A stretch of DNA of 63,806 nucleotides, filler included, from Reclinomonas americana ATCC 50394 (lineage: Eukaryota), in NCBI GenBank assembly GCA_048213135.1. It is 7 parts of 5 records of this genome, joined end to end, with 100 filler letters (N's around TTAATTAATTAA, not from the genome) between each part and the next. Parts side by side here need not be neighbours in the genome. Positions count along the whole stretch, not along the records: positions 60,817 to 61,981 come from PS015698.1; positions 62,082 to 63,806 come from PS015698.1; 5 more parts are not named here. The stretch is one strand, 5' to 3'. The notes under the pieces are model-generated. The model saw only the letters and a program-made list of their open reading frames with translations. It made no database searches and was not told the DNA's origin. The translations under genes were made by a program, and so were the position numbers. Below are positions 61,554-63,806 of this stretch, piece by piece (the first letter of the stretch is position 1; every line of letters starts with the position of its first letter).

Positions 61554-62131
61554 TTCGACGAGGGCTGAATAAGGGGAGAAGGGAGGGGGAGAAGGGGTGA
61601 GGAGAAGGATACGAAATCACAGAATGAGAGATGCACCTGCCATTCTTCCACGCGAAACACAGAGGGAAAGAAATGGAGACAATGAGAGAGAGGAAGAGAA
61701 AGCGTGTTCCAGAGTGAGAAAACTGAGCAAGAACCCCATTGACTGATAGTGCTGCAAGTGAGGCATAAGATGCACTGCACGCCGTACCTCACCCACACAC
61801 GCATGCACACGCCAACAGAGAGAGATGGCAGGGTGGGAGACAAACAAACAGTGCTTCTTCAACTGAATGCGCTGTGGGAGGGAGAGAGAGAGAGGAGGGA
61901 GGAGAGAGAAAGAGAGAACGAGTGTGCTGGAGAGAGAAAACGACAGACGATGGAAGGCGGCAACCGAGACAAGTGCCCCTGNNNNNNNNNNNNNNNNNNN
62001 NNNNNNNNNNNNNNNNNNNNNNNNNTTAATTAATTAANNNNNNNNNNNNNNNNNNNNNNNNNNNNNNNNNNNNNNNNNNNNCAAGGGGTGTGGAGTGTGG
62101 TGTGAAGATACTGACTGCTTCGGCATTGTAG

Positions 62132-63179
62132 TATCGCAAGAGCAACAGCGAGAGCGAGGCGGCGGCCCTGCGACAACAACTGTCGATTTTGCAAAACGAT
62201 GTGGTTGCGTAATCGAGAGAGAATCGCTTGAACAACTCTCATCTCACTGTCGCGTGTAGGCCGAATCACACCGCACCATTGACCGACTGAACAAGTCCAA
62301 GAAGAGCTACAAGGATCAACTGCGTCGCGCCGTACAGGAGATAGATCGTCTGAGTGTGCTGCACCGAGATCGACGCACAGCGGAGCTCGACAGGGTTTGT
62401 CTTGCGTGTCCTCCCTCCATTCAACAAGTTGGTTGACTGCTTGTCTCCCACAGGAAAAAGAGGAGATTGAGGGCTTGCGCCGCCACTACTTGCAGGTGGA
62501 GCAGGCGAGTTTGCGCACAATTGGTGGCGGTGCCGCTGCCTCCGCCGGTCAAATGATGGCCGGCACCACCACCACCACCACGGGTGGTTGGGGCTTTGAG
62601 CAGCTGGCGGCACGGGCGCAGAGTGCAGGAGGCTCTGCATCGCATCTCAGCGAGCTGCACACTCTGCAGAGTCGCCTCAACTCGCTGCTGCGACGCTTCG
62701 AGACGGGAGCTGGCGATGAAGGCGTACCCTCTGATCCAACAACCGCGCAGCCGCCGCAGCAGCAACCACCACTATCAGCTCCAGCCGCCGTCGCTTCTGC
62801 TGTTCCTCCTCCTCCTCCCCCTCAGCAACAACAACCACAGCAGCAGCAGCCTGCTCAACCACAGCCACCACCACTGGTCTCGGCGACATCGACCAACACG
62901 ATGGCGACGGTGGCCAGTGGCGGCCGTTCGTTCATGGTGTCCACCGCCGACTCGTCGTCCGAGGAGGATTCGTTGCGCATGCGCGATCCCGAACTCGCCG
63001 TGGTGCGTCGCTCCGGGCACTATGGTGGCGAGAATGCTCGAGAGAACGAGGAAATCCGCCGACTGCTGCGCGAGAAGGAGGAGCTGTTGCGCGTGGGCTT
63101 GGAGCCGTCGGACAGCGTCGTGGCGGAGATTGACAGGAAGGTGGCCGACATTCGCGCTCGCGCCGGTCGTGCCAGGTAG
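62132..63179 (+). CDS. CEP120: CEP120-like centriolar protein, C-terminal exons
   Basis: Exons 62132-62203, 62260-62394 and 62454-63179. NKSKKSYKDQLRRAVQEIDRL...EKEEIEGLRRHYL and the terminal IRRLLREKEELLRVGLEPSDSVVAEIDRKV match the CEP120 C-terminal coiled-coil pattern. Confidence 0.7.
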
Positions 63180-63294
63180 CACACTCACAACAACAACAAT
63201 AATGCAAATAGTACCCCCCTAATAGCAAGCCAAGAATTGATTGCACTTGGCCGTTTCTAACAGGATATGGATGCACAAAAAAAGAGCTAACTCC

Positions 63295-63665
63295 CTATTG
63301 GTACAGCGTCATGTCGTGGAAGCGCACCAGCAAGGCATCGTCGCCCTCCGGCGTGATGACCACCATGCCCGAGATCTCCTCTTCATCGGTGTGCACGATG
63401 AAGGCAATGTCAATGTTCTCGAACAGTCTGGCGGAGAGGGGAAGGGTAAGGGGAGGGGATAAGTAAGATTCTCATCATCAAAGGGCATTCTTCACCAATG
63501 CACGCAACTCTGAATCGATCACCGAGAGCACCACCAGCGTGCCACCGTGTGCCGCCGCCTCCGCCGCCAGTGACTTTTCCAATTCGGTGCGGGGTCCGCG
63601 GAGCGGCTGATTCAGACGCAAGTACTCGCGGGCCTCCAGGCAGACCAGCGCGGGGAAGTGCAGAC
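63295..63665 (-). CDS. Last two exons of an unidentified gene
   Basis: Exons 63509-63665 (LHFPALVCLEAREYL...VIDSE) and 63295-63427 (LFENIDIAFIVHTDEEEISGMVVITPEGDDALLVRFHDMTLYQ-TAG), phases compatible. Confidence 0.55.
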
Positions 63666-63806
63666 TGTGTGAGGGAGTAGGATTAGAGAAGGAGGGAAGA
63701 GGGAAGGGGCGGAAGGAAAGGGGGGAAGAGGGGAGGGGGGAAGAGGGAAGGGGGGAGGAGGGAAGGGGGGGGGAAGGACGGAACGGGGGAAGACGGAGGA
63801 AGGGAA

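Overview
This is an intron-rich genomic scaffold from a unicellular eukaryote. A CEP120 homologue points to a centriole-bearing (flagellate) protist. The window is built from contigs joined by N gaps and artificial N44-TTAATTAATTAA-N44 spacers. Eukaryotic genes, in order: (i) a giant minus-strand gene of about 18 exons encoding a type II membrane protein with a coiled coil, 10 tenascin-type EGF modules alternating with 8 copies of a domain I cannot name, a fibre-like beta region and a C-terminal phage-tailspike-type S74 chaperone/autoprotease; (ii) a double-PH protein; (iii) SEC3/EXOC1; (iv) an unknown multipass membrane protein; (v) a TPR gene; (vi) two tandem NLR-like STAND genes (ubiquitin-like, HEPN RxxxxH, NACHT, pentapeptide repeats, 14 WD40 with hypervariable positions), one intact and one frameshifted; (vii) a partial surface-protein gene with an H-type-lectin-like domain; (viii) DYRK1 and CEP120 fragments. 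A 193-bp TIR element with a visible empty site lies upstream of the NLR pair. Positions 53784-60716 are an intron-less, operonic bacterial contig (copA-cueR-copG, DUF2934, glucan phosphorylase, CBS-BON, 2-hydroxyacid dehydrogenase), most likely a co-assembled bacterium. The best candidates for new biology are the HEPN-armed NLR-like receptor pair and the membrane-anchored eukaryotic tailspike-like fibre. All domain calls are motif recognition by eye; no searches were run. Exon boundaries are manual and some are approximate.
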